The notes under the pieces are model-generated. The model did no database searches, was not told the DNA's origin, and saw nothing but the letters and a program-made list of their open reading frames with translations. Positions 61,437 through 64,000 of a stretch of 64,000 nt of DNA are shown here, one piece after another (position 1 is the stretch's first letter; every line of letters starts with the position of its first letter). The stretch is from Paramoeba atlantica (taxonomy: Eukaryota; Protista; Discosea), in NCBI GenBank assembly GCA_977017575.1, contig CDRNVI010000016.1:434001-498000 (forward strand), given 5' to 3'. A program made the translations under genes and the position numbers.

Positions 61437-63008
61437 ATGGGCATTACTCACACCACAAAAGAGAATAGGCGGCAAAGTCGGCTTCGAAAGCTTCCTCGAT
61501 TAGAACGCCTTGCAAAAATGGCGCAGCTGAAGAAAAAGCAGCGCAGAATTTTGAATTCTGACGAGAATCATGCTCTTCTTATGAATAGCGAGCAAGGCCA
61601 GCTACTACGTTTGCACGAAAACATCCGGCAGAAACGCGCAACTAACCGTTCGGAGAGCATAGATGCAGTTCTAGGAATTATAGAAACTGAATTCCATAAA
61701 TACTGTCGCAGTTCAAAGGTATCGCGTGTAATACAAAGTTGCATTAAATACGCGACAAAAAGTCAACTTCTTCGCATCTACAATCTCTTACTACATCCGA
61801 ATTCTGTGAAACCTGGCGAAGGTCTCGAGATGCGAAGTGAAGATGCTTTTTTGCCTACTTCCCTATCTGATTCGATATTCTCATCACTCACTCAGGACAC
61901 CTGCGCAGTACATGTTTTTGGGGCACTTGTTCGTCACTCCACACATGCCTTGTACTTATCACTATACAAATGCTTTCTTCCTCGTATACATCTTCTTGCA
62001 CGTTCGACTGCCGGAGCGGGCTTGCTTGACATTTTATATCGAAGCACATATTGTTCCGCAGAAAAAAGGAATTATTTGATTTGCGGGATCATTTTAGGAT
62101 CTGAAACTGCTCTGAGCGATAAGCTCTGGAACAAGCCCATGTCCAAAGGTAAAATAATAGATGACATGACTGGCATGCAATTAACTAATACGAAACACGG
62201 AGTCCCGAAGGACAAGGAGATTCTTTTCTTTAGCCAGAAAATGACTAGAGAACAATTCGAATCTCTAATGCATTGTTGTGATTCCTCTCTTTCGAAAGCA
62301 AAGTCGGAAAATAAAATTGTGTACGAAATATGTTACATTGCGCTAGAGCTTGCTGAACAGTTCCAAGAGCAACAGTGGCGGAAAGAGCTGCTACTTGCGC
62401 TACGGCCTAGGCTTCTCGAATGCGCTAGTATATCTAGGACTGCTTCAATACTATCATCAAACTATTTTTGTGAATGTTCGCCGAAGGAACGCCGTGCGTT
62501 TCTACAAAATATATGCCCACACGTCGTAGAATTCGTCAGTTCATTTCATGGTGCTCCATTTATTTCTTCTCTTATTGCACAGCAAAAGGATCATCAAGTA
62601 GCGCTAAAAAACATTTTAAAGCCGATAACCGATAACATGGACCGACTTATTTCGGACGATAGCTTATTTCGTCACTTCGGAAAATTTCTTTTAAATATTC
62701 TGCGGCAAATATTCAAGGCAAATATTTTGTTTGACACCTGGCGACAATATCCCCTTGGATCAGGGGATCCAGAGGTTATTAGTCGATATTCATACGCTGC
62801 GAGTATTGTGCTTCCAAGTTTTCTCACCACACTTAAAAAACAAAGTGCGGAATCTTTTGTGAATGCGGGGAACATGCGTCAGATTCTAGAATTTCTAAAA
62901 AAGAAATTGACTCTCAACGATAAGATGCAATTTTCCACTGAACTTTACCATATTTTATTCGAGCTTAGCGAATGGCTGAAAGCCTTAGACAGCAAGTTAG
63001 TTGCTTAG
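61437..63008 (+). CDS. Puf6/PUM3-like nucleolar Pumilio-repeat protein
   Basis: Basic N-terminus; SKVSRVIQSCIKYAT resembles Puf6 HD.SRVIQ..lKyg; helical repeats such as SFHGAPFI. Confidence 0.65.
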   Translation: MGITHTTKENRRQSRLRKLPRLERLAKMAQLKKKQRRILNSDENHALLMNSEQGQLLRLHENIRQKRATNRSESIDAVLGIIETEFHKYCRSSKVSRVIQSCIKYATKSQLLRIYNLLLHPNSVKPGEGLEMRSEDAFLPTSLSDSIFSSLTQDTCAVHVFGALVRHSTHALYLSLYKCFLPRIHLLARSTAGAGLLDILYRSTYCSAEKRNYLICGIILGSETALSDKLWNKPMSKGKIIDDMTGMQLTNTKHGVPKDKEILFFSQKMTREQFESLMHCCDSSLSKAKSENKIVYEICYIALELAEQFQEQQWRKELLLALRPRLLECASISRTASILSSNYFCECSPKERRAFLQNICPHVVEFVSSFHGAPFISSLIAQQKDHQVALKNILKPITDNMDRLISDDSLFRHFGKFLLNILRQIFKANILFDTWRQYPLGSGDPEVISRYSYAASIVLPSFLTTLKKQSAESFVNAGNMRQILEFLKKKLTLNDKMQFSTELYHILFELSEWLKALDSKLVA

Positions 63009-63484
63009 CATACTCTACAATTCCTTTTTTTCCACGATTTAAGCTACACTGATATGCGATTTACATCTCACAAAGTAACTCGTATGTCTCATTATATCGA
63101 TCTACTCATTCAAATGGTTTAATCATACTTTTAACAAACACAATATATAGGCGTGCAATCTCTTATAGGGGTTATACTTGTAAGGGTATCTTCGCCTACC
63201 ATACCCATACTTTGAACGAGTTTATCCCTCATTGACATTTGAAATTAACATTCAAGGAAAGGACTTTCCAACCATCATTCATTTTGATTTTGAAATGCTA
63301 TTTATGTTTTTGAGCTTACCACTATCATTCATACGTGTAATGTATCGTGGTATGTGTAATGAACATAAATGCTAAGATACATGAATCTCGTCCCGCTTCA
63401 GTGTACTGTCAAAATTACGATCAAGCAAATGATGGGGTTTTATAACAAAAATATACATGTATAACAGAGGAACAACGAAACACC

Positions 63485-64000
63485 ATGTCTTTCAGCTTTG
63501 AGGAGAGTTTTCTCCCGGAAACGAAGTCGGATTCCGAAATTCGAAAACGATCACTAGAAGGTAATGTTCAGTCGAAGGAGAATTCCTCGGGAACATTCGA
63601 ACATTCGAGCGAGGTATCTTGTAACAAGACGACCATAATTTCAGGGGTAGATAATGTTTTGTCTTTTGTATGCCATAGCCTCCGTGAACTAATTACCAAT
63701 CCAACAAGGGAATGCTGTAACGGCGTTAGGCAGCGGAGTTCACATAATTTACAATCTTCGCATCAAGGCACCCAGAGTTGTTTTCCTTTCCTTTGTTCTC
63801 ATTCTGATGAAGTCGCCACTGATGTAAATAATCCGAAAAAAAAGAGAAGGGTTACTGCACATGCACTTGAAAAGGCAAGTTGTGGTAGTCAGACAACCAC
63901 AACCCATCGAGGTAACGCAACTAACTCGAATCAAGCCAGTGATAGGGAAAATTTTTGCCGAGTTTTGCATAAACTGCGGACCGTTATTTTTACACGTACT
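63485..64000 (+). CDS. Hypothetical protein, 5' part only (runs off the window; absent from the ORF track)
   Basis: ACC-ATG at 63485, then 172 open codons (MSFSFEESFLPETKSD...NPKKKRR...) to position 64000; PKKKRR is NLS-like. Confidence 0.6.
   Translation, partial: MSFSFEESFLPETKSDSEIRKRSLEGNVQSKENSSGTFEHSSEVSCNKTTIISGVDNVLSFVCHSLRELITNPTRECCNGVRQRSSHNLQSSHQGTQSCFPFLCSHSDEVATDVNNPKKKRRVTAHALEKASCGSQTTTTHRGNATNSNQASDRENFCRVLHKLRTVIFTRT

Noticed and set aside
59-63008. Functional clustering of rRNA/RNA-processing genes (NOP1, Rrp42, Las1, Pus10, Rrp44, Puf6)
   Set aside because: They are interspersed with unrelated genes; such housekeeping genes would be common in a reduced genome, and kinetoplastid clusters are not generally function-sorted.
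1-64000. Spliced-leader RNA, rRNA or snoRNA genes
   Set aside because: I found no CAGTTTCTGTA SL core or rRNA-like sequence by eye; snoRNAs cannot be excluded without a covariance-model search.

Overview
Eukaryotic, intron-free, gene-dense DNA with about 33 protein genes, all on the + strand in one directional cluster. Enolase, fibrillarin and the mitoribosomal proteins look kinetoplastid. The short intergenic spacers and the DLxxLP-type LRR gene suggest a reduced, Perkinsela-like (prokinetoplastid) genome, which is an inference and not verified. Genes cover rRNA/RNA processing (fibrillarin, Rrp42, Rrp44, Las1, Pus10, Puf6, CPSF160, Prp17), mitochondrial functions (bS16m, mL54, NFU1, MIX17, MDH, FtsH), RNR1, enolase and HSP20. 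The most unusual signals: (1) recurrent ~0.4-1 kb GC-rich islands that flip from C-rich to G-rich, written mainly into synonymous codon positions of unrelated genes; (2) a set of Tc1/mariner class II elements: a frameshifted Tc1 transposase relic, a 712-bp TA-flanked MITE sharing its TIR core, and a second nested TACCGTA-type MITE that supplies a neighbouring gene's stop codon; (3) a 2.2-kb gene-free island with helically phased GAGGTTTC arrays and a tRNA-derived Pol III unit; (4) a PHD finger fused to a PhyH-type 2OG/Fe(II) dioxygenase, a eukaryotic DUF192 protein and a possible TFIIIC tau60-like protein. All family calls come from motif recognition by eye; no database searches were run.
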